From Candidatus Micrarchaeia archaeon (GTDB lineage Archaea; Micrarchaeota; Micrarchaeia; Anstonellales; J096), in contig JBGQMY010000015.1 in NCBI GenBank assembly GCA_041500865.1, forward strand, positions 1 to 30,335: DNA of 30,335 nt, read 5' to 3'. The notes beneath the pieces are model-generated. The model made no database searches, was not told the origin of the DNA, and saw nothing but the letters and a program-made list of their open reading frames with translations. Positions 8,373 to 17,916 of this stretch are shown piece after piece. A program made the translations under genes and the position numbers. Each line of letters starts with the position of its first letter. The stretch's first letter is position 1.

Positions 8373-9811
8373 GCATGCGCAGGATAGGCGTATCCGCGGA
8401 TGAATTGTTGAAGTCCCTTGACAAGGAAACGCTTGCCAAGGTCCTTGCGGAACTCAACAAGGACGGAAAGTCCGGGATAATGGCAAAGGAAGAGATACAG
8501 TCAGCGCTGGACGGCATTGGCAGGCAGTCCATAAAAACCGTGGTGAAAAGGCAGGACCCGTTCCAGGCCCCGGCCCGCGACTGCGACCCCGAAATTGAGA
8601 TAGACCACAAAAGAGACGTAACGGGAAAGAGCAGGACGACCGGCACGATAGACGATTTCATAAAGCACTTCCAGAACAGGTTCAGGCGCGTAACCGGCCT
8701 GTTCCCGTTCCAGAGCGCGGGCTACACGCACTCCACGATGGAAGAGCTGCAAAAGGACTCAATGGCAGGCCAGAAGGCAAGCGTGCATGCCATGGTCCAC
8801 GACAAGATTGTGACGAAATCCGGCAACATAATGATAATAGGCGAGGATTTGACGGGCTTCGGGCGCATAATAATATCAAAGACCAATGAGAAGGCGTTTG
8901 ACAGGGCAGCGCACATAATAAAGGACGACATTTTGTGCTTCAGCGGCCAGATGAAGAACAAGTTCCTTATAGTGGACGAGTTCGACTTTCCGGACATACA
9001 GAGAAGAGACTCCATAACGATGTCAGAAAGGGACCTTGCAATAGCTTACATTTCAGACATGCATTTCGGCAGCAAGAAGTTCATGGGCGATGCGTTCAAC
9101 AGGTTCGTGAGGTGGCTCAACGGCGAGGAAAGGATAGAGGGCCAGTCAAACGACCTTGCAGGCAAGGTCAAATACGTCGTTGTCGCTGGGGACATGGCGG
9201 ACGGCATAGGCATCTACCCGAACCAGGAAAAGGACCTTGAGATAAAGGACATATACCAGCAGTACAGGATGTTCGACGACTTCGTTTCCTCAATACCGGA
9301 ATACATAGAGGTGATTGCGATACCCGGCAACCACGACGCCGTAAGGAGGGGCGAGCCCATGCCTGCTGTTGCGCAGGACCTCATAACAAGCGACTGCCAC
9401 AGGCTCGGCAACCCGTCCTTCTGCACGCTTGAGGGGATAAGCCACCTGATATACCACGGAACGTCCTTTGACTCCATGATAGCGTCAGTGCCCAAGCTGA
9501 GCTACAGGGAGCCGCAGAAGGTCATGATGGAGCTGCTGAAGAGGAGGCACCTTTCCCCGCTCTACGGCACCAACCCCATAGTGCCGGAGCCGATAGACTA
9601 CATGGTGATTGACACGGAGCCGGAAATATTCCACACAGGGCACGTGCACATGAACGGCATAGGGAAATACAGGGGCGCGCTGCTCCTGAACTCAGGCACG
9701 TTCCAGGACCTGACTGACTTCCAGGTGAAGCAGGGCCACGTGCCGACGCCGGGCCAGGTTTACGTATACGAGACGAAGCTCGGCAAGATAAACAGGGTTG
9801 ATTTCATATGA
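8369..9811 (+). CDS. polB: DNA polymerase D small (proofreading exonuclease) subunit DP1
   Basis: OB fold (IIGEDLTG) and calcineurin-like motifs ISDMHFGS, AGDMADGIGIYP, PGNHD, YHG, HTGHVH, NSGTFQ. ATGA overlap with neighbours. Confidence 0.95.
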   Translation: MSMRRIGVSADELLKSLDKETLAKVLAELNKDGKSGIMAKEEIQSALDGIGRQSIKTVVKRQDPFQAPARDCDPEIEIDHKRDVTGKSRTTGTIDDFIKHFQNRFRRVTGLFPFQSAGYTHSTMEELQKDSMAGQKASVHAMVHDKIVTKSGNIMIIGEDLTGFGRIIISKTNEKAFDRAAHIIKDDILCFSGQMKNKFLIVDEFDFPDIQRRDSITMSERDLAIAYISDMHFGSKKFMGDAFNRFVRWLNGEERIEGQSNDLAGKVKYVVVAGDMADGIGIYPNQEKDLEIKDIYQQYRMFDDFVSSIPEYIEVIAIPGNHDAVRRGEPMPAVAQDLITSDCHRLGNPSFCTLEGISHLIYHGTSFDSMIASVPKLSYREPQKVMMELLKRRHLSPLYGTNPIVPEPIDYMVIDTEPEIFHTGHVHMNGIGKYRGALLLNSGTFQDLTDFQVKQGHVPTPGQVYVYETKLGKINRVDFI

Positions 9812-12800
9812 GCGGCATAATGGACGTAGGCAAATATTTTGAGTCGCTGACAAAGGAGTCCTACCGCGCATATGAATTGGCAAAACAGGCAAGGGCGAAG
9901 GGCTTTGACCCGACTGACGACGTGGAAATCGCGCTGACAAAGGATGTGGCAAGCCGGGTTGAGGGGCTTCTTGAGCTCAAGGGCATAGGGGACACCATCA
10001 GGGCGCTGGAAAAGGCGGGAAAGAACAGGGAGCAAATCGCAGTCGAGCTGGTAAAAGAGATAACAAATGGCAAATTGCTCAGCTATCCGACGCTCGGGCA
10101 AAGGGTCGAGATGGCGGTCCGCGTAGGGGTCGCGATACTGACAGAAGGCGTTCTTGTGGCGCCTACAGAAGGCATAGTGAAAGTCGAGATAAACCCGAAT
10201 GACGACGGGAGCCAATACGTGTCCATATATTTTGCAGGCCCCATCAGGAGCGCAGGCGCATCAACCGCCGCCATGAGCGTAGTGCTTACGGACATAGCGA
10301 GGCTTGAGGCAAATTTAGGGACTTACAAGCCAACTGAGGAGGAGATTGAGCGCATAGTCGAGGAGATAGAGCTTTACGAGTCAAGGGTCGCGCACATGCA
10401 GTATTATCCTCCTGAGGAGCACATCAAGATAATATACGGCAGCTGCCCCATCTGCATAGACGGCGAATCCACGTCTGACGAGGAGGTGTCCGTGCACAGG
10501 AACCTCCCAAGGATGAAGACGAACAGGGTGAGGGGCGGGATACCTCTTGTCGTCTGCGAGGGCATTGCGCAAAAGGCCGCAAAGCTCAAGAAGAGGATAG
10601 ACAAGCTGGGGCTGAAGGACTGGGGCTTCATGTCAAAAATCGTAAAAGTCAAGCAAAAGGCAAAGGAAGGCGAAAAGGATTCCATAGAGGTCAAGCCTGA
10701 CCCGGCCTATCTTGAGGGCACGATCGCAGGCAGGCCCATCTTCGCATACCCTTCAAGGAAGGGCGGGTTCCGCCTCAGGTACGGCAGGAGCTTCACGAAC
10801 GGGATAATGGCAAAGAACCTCCCTGCCGCGGCAATGGCGCTGTGCGACGACTTCATTGCCTGCGGCACCCACCTCAAGATGGAAAGACCGGGCAAGGGAG
10901 CCGTTTTTTCTGGCCATGACGGCCTTGAGCCGCCGGTCGTCAAGCTCAGGAACGGCGACGTTGTAAAAGTAAGAACGATAGAGCAGGCTATGGAGCTCAG
11001 GGACCGGGTTTCGGAGATAATATTCCTTGGCGACGTGCTTTGCGCATACGGCGATTTCCTCAAAAGCAACAGCCCGCTCATGCCTCCCGGATACTGCCAG
11101 GAGTGGTGGGAGCTTGACGTGAAGGCAAAGGGCGCAGAGCCAAACGCGCCAAAAAGCGCGGACGAGGCCTTCGCTTTCGCAAAAAAGACGGGAACGCCCC
11201 TGCACCCGGACTTCCTGCATTTCTGGAATGACATTTCAAAAGAGGAGCTTTCAGCGCTCGTTGATTACCTGGCTTCAGGCTCCTTTGACGGGAATGGGCT
11301 TAAGCTTGCAAGGAAGCCCGAGAAGCGGCTGCTTGAGTTAATTTGCGTTGAGCACAAGATGATGGGCGACGAGGTTGTCGTTGAAGGCGACAACGCGAAG
11401 TCTTTGCTCATGACGCTGGGGGCGGCAGACATGATGCCGGATTCCATCTCAAGGCACAAGGAGGCGCTTGCCAGTGCCCAAAGCAACCTGGAGTTTCTTT
11501 CCCTTGTCTCGGGAGTGAAGATAAAGGACAAGGCAGGCACCTATATCGGCGGCAGGATGGGCAGGCCAGAGAAGGCCAAGGAAAGGATGCTCAACTGCAG
11601 CCCCAATGTGCTGTTCCCGTCCGGAAGGAACGCGATACGCAACCTGAACAAGCTGTACCAGCTGATGAAGGCGAACGGCAGGGACAGCACGCCATCAGAG
11701 GCTGCGGCCTACCGCTGCAACGCGTGCGGAAAGGTCAACGCCTACAGGAAATGCATATACTGCGGCGGCGAAACAACGAAACTGTACAGGTGCGCGGTCT
11801 GCGGCAGGGAGACGCTGAAGGAGACGCATTGCGAAAAGGCGTCGCTGCCGTACAAGGAGATTGACATGGACCTTATGAACGTGTATGAGATGACAAGGGA
11901 AAGGCTCGGCTTCTCATCAGACGACATAAAGGGCGTTGAAGGCCTCATGAGCTCATCCAAGATTCCGGAGCGCCTTGAGAAAGGGTTCCTCAGGGCGAAG
12001 CACGGCGTCTTCATTTTCAAGGACGGCACCAGCAGGTTTGACGCAACGGACATGCCGCTCACCCATTTCATACCAAGGGACATTGGCGTATCTGTTGAAA
12101 GGGCAAGGGAGCTTGGCTACGAAAAGGACTATCTGGGAAACCCGCTGGAAAGGGATGACCAGGTTGTGCCGCTCATGCTGCAGGACATCATACTTGCGGA
12201 CAGCGGCGCGAAATACCTGGCCAAGGTCGCGAACTTCATAGACGACATGCTTGTCAGCCTTTACGGCCTTGAGCCGTTTTACAGGATAGCGAAAAAGGAC
12301 GACCTCATAGGCCATCTGGTCATCGGCCTAAGCCCGCACACCTCTGCCGGCGTCATAGGGAGGATAATAGGGTTCACGAAGTCCAACGTAGGGTACGCCC
12401 ATCCCTTCTACCAGACCGCAAAAAGGCGGAACTGTTTTTGTGGGGATGAAAAGATTCTTGTTAATGATGGAAAACAGTATAATCTTATGACTATGCAAGA
12501 ATTAGTTGAATTTAATCTTGCTGGCAAAACGGAAAAAGATGATTTTGGGACCGTTTATAAAAAAGTAAGCGGTCTGAAAACGTTTGCATTCAATAAAAAA
12601 ACAAGAAAGTTTGAGCTATGCAAGATAACCCATGTTTCGAGGCATCCTGCACCTGAACGCTTAACCAGAATAAAGACAAAAAGCGGACGAAATATAGTAG
12701 TCACAAAAGACCATCCGTTTCCGGATAAAAATTGCAAAAAGGTGGCAGCGAGCCAATCAAAAGAATTGTTGACCCCATGGGCCATCGATAATAATTTCAT

Positions 12801-14586
12801 CAGGGATGTTGATACATTCAGTTTTCTCTCGTTAAAAAATGATTCCAACGTGATGGTGAGAACAGAAAAGGATGTTTTTAACAGAAATAGGCCTCTTTCA
12901 AGAATAAGTAAGGATCTCAAGATCCCATATAAGACCCTGACAAATTACGTATATAGAAAATCATATCCTCTTGAAATAGTAAAAAAACTAAATCCAAAAT
13001 TACTAAAAGGATCAGATTATCTTCTGGGGAGAAGAAGAGACGGCATTTCAATTAAACCCAATATCAAGTTAAATGAGGATTTCTTTTCATTGCTTGGTTT
13101 TTATGTTGCAGAAGGATATGTCAAAAAATACCAAAAGGAAACATGCCAAGTTTCAATAACTGCAGCAAAAAAATGGTCAAGAAAATTCCTAGAGAAAAAG
13201 ATCACGGATGTTTTCGGGCTGAGGTCAAGTATTTCAAAAGACACCGTTACGATATGTTCAAGCTTTGTTCTTGACCTTTTCAATAATTTTCAAATAGGGG
13301 GGAATGCAAGAACGAAAAAAGTGCCCGAAATTCTGTACTCATTGCCCAAGAGAAAAATCGCAGCGTTTTTAAGAGGCTATTTTTCGGGAGATGGCTCTTG
13401 TTCGCTCGGTACCACTTTAGAAACCAATGTCACTTCCGTGAACAAAAACCTTATCGACGGCGTATCTTATCTTTTAATGTTTTTTGGAATAAAGCATTCG
13501 ATACGTGAAGAGAACAGAATGATAAATAGCAAGATAATACTTGACTTTTATGGAAAGCCAAAAAGACTTCATTCCTACAAGATAAGGATGTATGGGGAAG
13601 AGGCAAGGAAGTTCATTGAAGAGGTCGGCTTTGTTGGAGAAAAGCAGAAAGATGCAGAAAAAATGCTTAAAAAGTGGCTTTCAAAGAAAAGAAGCCCAAG
13701 ATCATTGTTGAACGGGAATTCTTTTGTCGATACCGTAATTGAGAAAAGGACAATAAAAAATTCTGAAAGATATGTTTATAGTTTGACTGTCGAAAAGCAC
13801 CACAATCTGATCTGTTCTGGAGTCACTGCATTTCAATGCGACGGGGACGAGGACGCAGTCATGCTTCTCATGGACGGGTTCCTGAACTTCTCAAAGAAGT
13901 TCCTCAGCAGCAACAGGGGCGGGACCATGGACGCCCCGCTGGTGCTCAGCATAACGCTAAACCCGAAAGAGGTTGACGACGAGTCGCATGACATGGAGAT
14001 GCTTGATGAGCGGCACTATCCGCTTGAATTCTACGAGGCCGCGGAAGCCATAACCATGCCAGGCGACGTCAAACTTAAGAGGATAAAGGACATACTGGAA
14101 ACAGAGGACGTGTACGGCGAGATACCGTTCACGCACCCCATGTCTTCCATATCGCTTGGGCCTACGCGGACCAAGTATGTCCAGCTCAAGTCCATCCCGG
14201 AGAAGATAGCCGCGCAGGTCAATGTGATGGGAAAAATACGCGCAGTGGACATAAAGGACGCGATGGAGAAGCTGATATTGAGCCACTTCATCCCGGACAT
14301 ATACGGGAACCTGAGGAGGTTCTCCAGGCAGAGCATGAGGTGCAAGAAGTGCAATGCCATATACAGGAGGGTGCCGCTTTCCGGAAAATGCATGAAGTGC
14401 GGCAGCGAGCTCATTTTGACGATTTACCAGGGCACGATAGAGAAATACCTGGAGATAGCCAAAAAAATCTCCTTGGATTACGGGCTTCCGTTCTACATGG
14501 TGCAAAGGCTTGACCTGGTCGCAAAGGAGATAGAGAGCGTCTTCAACAGCAAGTCCCGCCAGAAGGGGATAGGCGACTTCATGTGA
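9808..14586 (+). CDS. polC: DNA polymerase D large subunit DP2, intein-containing
   Basis: AILTEGVLVAP, YFAGPIRSAG, RMGRPEKA, FKDGTSRFD, KRRN|..|CDGDED catalytic motif, C-terminal zinc fingers. Confidence 0.97.
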   Translation: MSGIMDVGKYFESLTKESYRAYELAKQARAKGFDPTDDVEIALTKDVASRVEGLLELKGIGDTIRALEKAGKNREQIAVELVKEITNGKLLSYPTLGQRVEMAVRVGVAILTEGVLVAPTEGIVKVEINPNDDGSQYVSIYFAGPIRSAGASTAAMSVVLTDIARLEANLGTYKPTEEEIERIVEEIELYESRVAHMQYYPPEEHIKIIYGSCPICIDGESTSDEEVSVHRNLPRMKTNRVRGGIPLVVCEGIAQKAAKLKKRIDKLGLKDWGFMSKIVKVKQKAKEGEKDSIEVKPDPAYLEGTIAGRPIFAYPSRKGGFRLRYGRSFTNGIMAKNLPAAAMALCDDFIACGTHLKMERPGKGAVFSGHDGLEPPVVKLRNGDVVKVRTIEQAMELRDRVSEIIFLGDVLCAYGDFLKSNSPLMPPGYCQEWWELDVKAKGAEPNAPKSADEAFAFAKKTGTPLHPDFLHFWNDISKEELSALVDYLASGSFDGNGLKLARKPEKRLLELICVEHKMMGDEVVVEGDNAKSLLMTLGAADMMPDSISRHKEALASAQSNLEFLSLVSGVKIKDKAGTYIGGRMGRPEKAKERMLNCSPNVLFPSGRNAIRNLNKLYQLMKANGRDSTPSEAAAYRCNACGKVNAYRKCIYCGGETTKLYRCAVCGRETLKETHCEKASLPYKEIDMDLMNVYEMTRERLGFSSDDIKGVEGLMSSSKIPERLEKGFLRAKHGVFIFKDGTSRFDATDMPLTHFIPRDIGVSVERARELGYEKDYLGNPLERDDQVVPLMLQDIILADSGAKYLAKVANFIDDMLVSLYGLEPFYRIAKKDDLIGHLVIGLSPHTSAGVIGRIIGFTKSNVGYAHPFYQTAKRRNCFCGDEKILVNDGKQYNLMTMQELVEFNLAGKTEKDDFGTVYKKVSGLKTFAFNKKTRKFELCKITHVSRHPAPERLTRIKTKSGRNIVVTKDHPFPDKNCKKVAASQSKELLTPWAIDNNFIRDVDTFSFLSLKNDSNVMVRTEKDVFNRNRPLSRISKDLKIPYKTLTNYVYRKSYPLEIVKKLNPKLLKGSDYLLGRRRDGISIKPNIKLNEDFFSLLGFYVAEGYVKKYQKETCQVSITAAKKWSRKFLEKKITDVFGLRSSISKDTVTICSSFVLDLFNNFQIGGNARTKKVPEILYSLPKRKIAAFLRGYFSGDGSCSLGTTLETNVTSVNKNLIDGVSYLLMFFGIKHSIREENRMINSKIILDFYGKPKRLHSYKIRMYGEEARKFIEEVGFVGEKQKDAEKMLKKWLSKKRSPRSLLNGNSFVDTVIEKRTIKNSERYVYSLTVEKHHNLICSGVTAFQCDGDEDAVMLLMDGFLNFSKKFLSSNRGGTMDAPLVLSITLNPKEVDDESHDMEMLDERHYPLEFYEAAEAITMPGDVKLKRIKDILETEDVYGEIPFTHPMSSISLGPTRTKYVQLKSIPEKIAAQVNVMGKIRAVDIKDAMEKLILSHFIPDIYGNLRRFSRQSMRCKKCNAIYRRVPLSGKCMKCGSELILTIYQGTIEKYLEIAKKISLDYGLPFYMVQRLDLVAKEIESVFNSKSRQKGIGDFM
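12433..13836 (+). mobile_element. Intein (468 aa) with LAGLIDADG homing endonuclease in polC
   Basis: Interrupts KRRN|CDGDED. Starts CFCGDE, has block B VTKDHPF, LAGLIDADG motifs LLGFYVAEG and FLRGYFSGDG, and block F/G VYSLTVEKHHNLICSGVTAFQ|C. The DNA is visibly more AT-rich than the exteins. Confidence 0.95.
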
Positions 14587-14633
14587 GCAAGGTTTAAAAA
14601 CATCCCCTGCCAATGGCATTTCAGGTGTAAATC

Positions 14634-15047
14634 ATGAGGATAATGGACGCTCTTGGCGCTTCTATGCTGCCAATCATTGGAATATTGATAGTGCAGGTCC
14701 TGTCGGCCCTTCCACTGATATCCTGCTGTGCGTGGCCGGTGCTGCTTCTGCTCTACCTCTGGATGGGGTATAACGTAAAGCAGAAGGGCTTTGAGATGGC
14801 TGACAGCGCAGCCGTGGGCGCAATAACGGCGCTTGTTGCAGGCATAATCTACGTGATATGCGGGTTCCTGCTGAACATGTTCGGCTCGGTGCTGGTCACG
14901 TCGCTCGGCGGCAATGCAGGCAACACCATGATGAACGCCATAACCGGCGGCATAATCGGCATGGTGTGCGGCATACTGCTGTTCCCCATATGCGGCGCAA
15001 TACTGGCGGCAATCGGCTATTTCATAGCAGGCATGATGAAGAAGTGA
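14634..15047 (+). CDS. Small multi-pass membrane protein
   Basis: 137 aa with about four Gly/Ala-rich hydrophobic helices, AGGTG RBS and TTTAAAAA box upstream. Confidence 0.8.
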   Translation: MRIMDALGASMLPIIGILIVQVLSALPLISCCAWPVLLLLYLWMGYNVKQKGFEMADSAAVGAITALVAGIIYVICGFLLNMFGSVLVTSLGGNAGNTMMNAITGGIIGMVCGILLFPICGAILAAIGYFIAGMMKK

Positions 15048-15057
15048 ACTTCCGTTC

Positions 15058-15082
15058 ACTTTCTTTTTCTTCTTTTTGATTT
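15058..15082 (+). terminator. Putative oligo-T archaeal terminator
   Basis: TTTCTTTTTCTTCTTTTTG immediately after the stop at 15047, between convergent genes. Confidence 0.5.
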
Positions 15083-15762
15083 TATATATTAAGCCGCTTC
15101 TTTATTTCCTCTATTGACATCTTTGTCGTTATTATGGGTATCCTTTCGCGCTCCGATATCTTGAGCGCAAGCTCGTCCACCTTCTCAAGGTTGTGGAGCA
15201 CAACGGCCTTCGGCTTGCTTGCGGCCATCCTTATGACGACAAGCGGGCTCCTGCCCGTGCTCACGCCAAGGAATATGAACGCCCTTTCGGTTATGCCCCC
15301 GTAAAGCTTCGGGAAATACGTGTACGGCATGTCCAGTATCACGTTAAGCGAGTCAATCAGCGTGTATCCGTAAATCTTGGTCTTTGCGGCGACGTCCTGG
15401 TTCGTTATTATCTTGCCTTCTATGATTTTGGCGAACTCCTCCAGCGGTATTTCCTGCGAGAAGTCAATGGCCTCGAAATACTCCTTCTCGTCCTTTTCGC
15501 TTTCCATCAGCTTCTTTGTCGCGAAGCCGCCCTTTATCGCGTCTATCTTGAACAGCGAGTCCACGAACCTGCTTATGGTCCTTATGCCCGGGCTCTTCCT
15601 CCTTTCGCCCTCGTAGTCGCTTATGGTCGAGGCCGAAATCTTGAGGAACTGCGCTATCTCTGCCTGCGTTATCTGGAAAATCTCCCTCCATTTGCGCATG
15701 GTCTTGCCGGGGTTGGGGCTTATGGTTATCTCGCCGGCTATCATCATCCTTAGCTTTTCCAC
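15082..15762 (-). CDS. XRE-type HTH transcriptional regulator with DRTGG-like domain (COG1709-like)
   Basis: IAGEITISPNPGKTMRKWREIF..Q..IA..L..SASTISDYEGERRKSPG and C-terminal GVSTGRSPLVVIR motif. Confidence 0.88.
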   Translation of the reverse strand: MEKLRMMIAGEITISPNPGKTMRKWREIFQITQAEIAQFLKISASTISDYEGERRKSPGIRTISRFVDSLFKIDAIKGGFATKKLMESEKDEKEYFEAIDFSQEIPLEEFAKIIEGKIITNQDVAAKTKIYGYTLIDSLNVILDMPYTYFPKLYGGITERAFIFLGVSTGRSPLVVIRMAASKPKAVVLHNLEKVDELALKISERERIPIITTKMSIEEIKKRLNI

Positions 15763-16947
15763 TTATTCCACCATCAGCACTATCCTGTCCCTTATCCGCT
15801 CTATCCTGTATCTGTACGGAATGTTCAAAAAGTAATCGTCGCTCGTCATCCTGCTGAGCGATACGTTGACTATTATCTCGTTGCCGTCCCTGTAGAAGCC
15901 TATGTCAATGTCCCCCAAAAGGAACAGCTCGGTGTCGACTATCGCCTCCCTAGGGATGCCTTTCGAGCCTGCCGCCTTCTCCGAAAGCTCGCTGTACCTC
16001 AACGTTATCCTTCCCTCATCTTCGTCCCTTGCCAGCGCGGCGACCAGGGTGCCGACCTTGGACAGCGTCAATCCGCCCTTCTCGTAATAGTCAAAGTCCT
16101 TTTTCATCGCAGGCAGGGCCTTTTCCCGTATTTCGTCGCCCAGTATTATCTCCCTGGATATCATGTTGTACCTCTCGTGCCTTGCGTCGTTCATGTCCCC
16201 GCACTTTCCGCCAAGGGAGACGAAATGCTTTATGAACGAGCTGGCTTCCCTGAGCGTCTCGTACCTGGCGCTGTTCCTCATCCTTTCGGCGCCCTTTGAT
16301 TTCTCGTAAACGTTCAGGGAGAACGGCTCGTTCCACATCAGCGAAGGGTTCGGATATAGCATGCCCTCCTTCTCCAGGGCGCCTATTTTTCCGTTGCCCA
16401 TTATCGCGGAAAGCGCGAACAGCGGGTTCTCCGGCAGCTCAACCTCCCGCATGCCCCAGCCGAAGGTTTTCCCTTCAGACTCGATTGAGCATATGTCAAG
16501 CGGCGACACGTTGAAATAGCTTATGAAGTTTGCCCTGTAGATTGACGGCTCCAGCGGGTCAGGCCTGATTTTCGCCCTGAAAGGCCGCCTCATGTCGCTG
16601 AACGGATTGGGCATCCCCGTTTTCTCGCCGCCGAGCGTAATGGCTCCGCTGCCGTCCATTTCCATCCCAGACTGGTTCTCGCACTGGCCGTATGGGCATA
16701 TGTCGCCGCCTGCGCCCTCCTTCAGCTCCAGCACGCGCCATTTGCCTGTCCTGAATTCCATGCCGAGCGTCGGGACGAACTCGAAGAAAAGCCTTGAGAA
16801 AAACATGTCCCTGAACGAGCCGTCCATCGCGCCTTCCATGATTTCCGAGGCAATGCTCTTCTTAGGCTCCATCACAGAGGAAAGCATGAGCGGGTTGGCG
16901 AAGCCCTCAAGCGGCTTTTCGTTCGCGTAGTCGTCTATCTTTTCCAT
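15763..16947 (-). CDS. Hypothetical protein (394 aa)
   Basis: Long ORF with host-like codon usage, overlapping the upstream gene and abutting the downstream gene. No family recognised. Confidence 0.75.
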   Translation of the reverse strand: MEKIDDYANEKPLEGFANPLMLSSVMEPKKSIASEIMEGAMDGSFRDMFFSRLFFEFVPTLGMEFRTGKWRVLELKEGAGGDICPYGQCENQSGMEMDGSGAITLGGEKTGMPNPFSDMRRPFRAKIRPDPLEPSIYRANFISYFNVSPLDICSIESEGKTFGWGMREVELPENPLFALSAIMGNGKIGALEKEGMLYPNPSLMWNEPFSLNVYEKSKGAERMRNSARYETLREASSFIKHFVSLGGKCGDMNDARHERYNMISREIILGDEIREKALPAMKKDFDYYEKGGLTLSKVGTLVAALARDEDEGRITLRYSELSEKAAGSKGIPREAIVDTELFLLGDIDIGFYRDGNEIIVNVSLSRMTSDDYFLNIPYRYRIERIRDRIVLMVE

Positions 16948-17702
16948 GCCAACCCCTCCATCATCTGGCTTGGCACGAAACCGTCCGGAGTGCCGAATAT
17001 TGAAACGGCCTTGGCCATGCTGCCCATTAGAGATACATTCCTTTCAGAGGATGCCACGTTTATGCCGAGCTTCCCCATTAGCCCGCCTATGAACGACCTT
17101 AATTTTCCGCCGAACATGCCGGACGCCATCAGGTTCGGCAGCAGCTTCTTCATGAGGATGTAGAGTATCAGCGGGTCTGTCTTGTCTTCAACGGCCTTGA
17201 ACTTGTCGTCTTTCCTGAACTCCTCTATGAGCGCCTTGAATTTCGGGTCCTTCTGCACCATGATATGCGCCTTGAGCAGGCCCCTCACGTCCCTTATCTT
17301 CCCGAACTCGTCGCTGAACGCCATGTTGGCATATGCGTTCCTTACGACAAAGTCGCACATCTCCCTGTTTTCCACAACCGCGTTGGCCGCCTTTGCAGCT
17401 TCCGGATTTTTTTCAAACATCTTGCTTATGCCCTCCACATCCCCCTTTTCTATCATTTCCGCGACGCTGAAAAGTATCTTCTCGTCAATGCCGTTTGCCT
17501 TTGATATGAGCACGTTCAATTCAGAAATTGCGCTCTTGAACCTTTCAGCCTCCATCGGCGTCGGCTCCTTCCTATTTTCCACCAAATAGGCTATCTTGAA
17601 TCCGTTTTTGCTGCCTAAGTCGGCATTCTCCTTTTTCAGCAGCTCCTCCTTCCTTTTCTCCTCTGTGTAAGCCTTCCTCAGGATTTCGTCGTTCTGCTGC
17701 AT
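16935..17702 (-). CDS. Hypothetical helical protein (~255 aa)
   Basis: Long ORF, ATG 17702 ~23 nt downstream of TTTTTTAAA. No family recognised. Confidence 0.75.
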   Translation of the reverse strand: MQQNDEILRKAYTEEKRKEELLKKENADLGSKNGFKIAYLVENRKEPTPMEAERFKSAISELNVLISKANGIDEKILFSVAEMIEKGDVEGISKMFEKNPEAAKAANAVVENREMCDFVVRNAYANMAFSDEFGKIRDVRGLLKAHIMVQKDPKFKALIEEFRKDDKFKAVEDKTDPLILYILMKKLLPNLMASGMFGGKLRSFIGGLMGKLGINVASSERNVSLMGSMAKAVSIFGTPDGFVPSQMMEGLAWKR

Positions 17703-17728
17703 CAAGACAGGATGAGTGAAAACGTTTA

Positions 17729-17852
17729 AAAAAGCCCTTTCTTTTGGGCTTTTTCAGAAAAAGCCCAGGGAAAAACCGACGGCGTTTTTTGCTGGAGCTT
17801 TTTCTCAAAAAGCTCCTTGGGGAAAGAAAAAAGCTTTTTTGGCGCTGCGGCC
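17729..17852. repeat. Cluster of palindromes/inverted repeats
   Basis: AAAAAGCCC (17729-37) pairs with GGGCTTTTT (17746-54). GGGCTTTTTC-A-GAAAAAGCCC (17746-66). GGAGCTTTTT-CTC-AAAAAGCTCC (17794-816). AAAAAAGCTTTTTT (17827-40). Confidence 0.85.
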
Positions 17853-17916
17853 TTCCACCGATACAGTATTATGACAAAATTGGATCCGTTACCCGCCAAC
17901 AAACGCGGCGGCGAAT

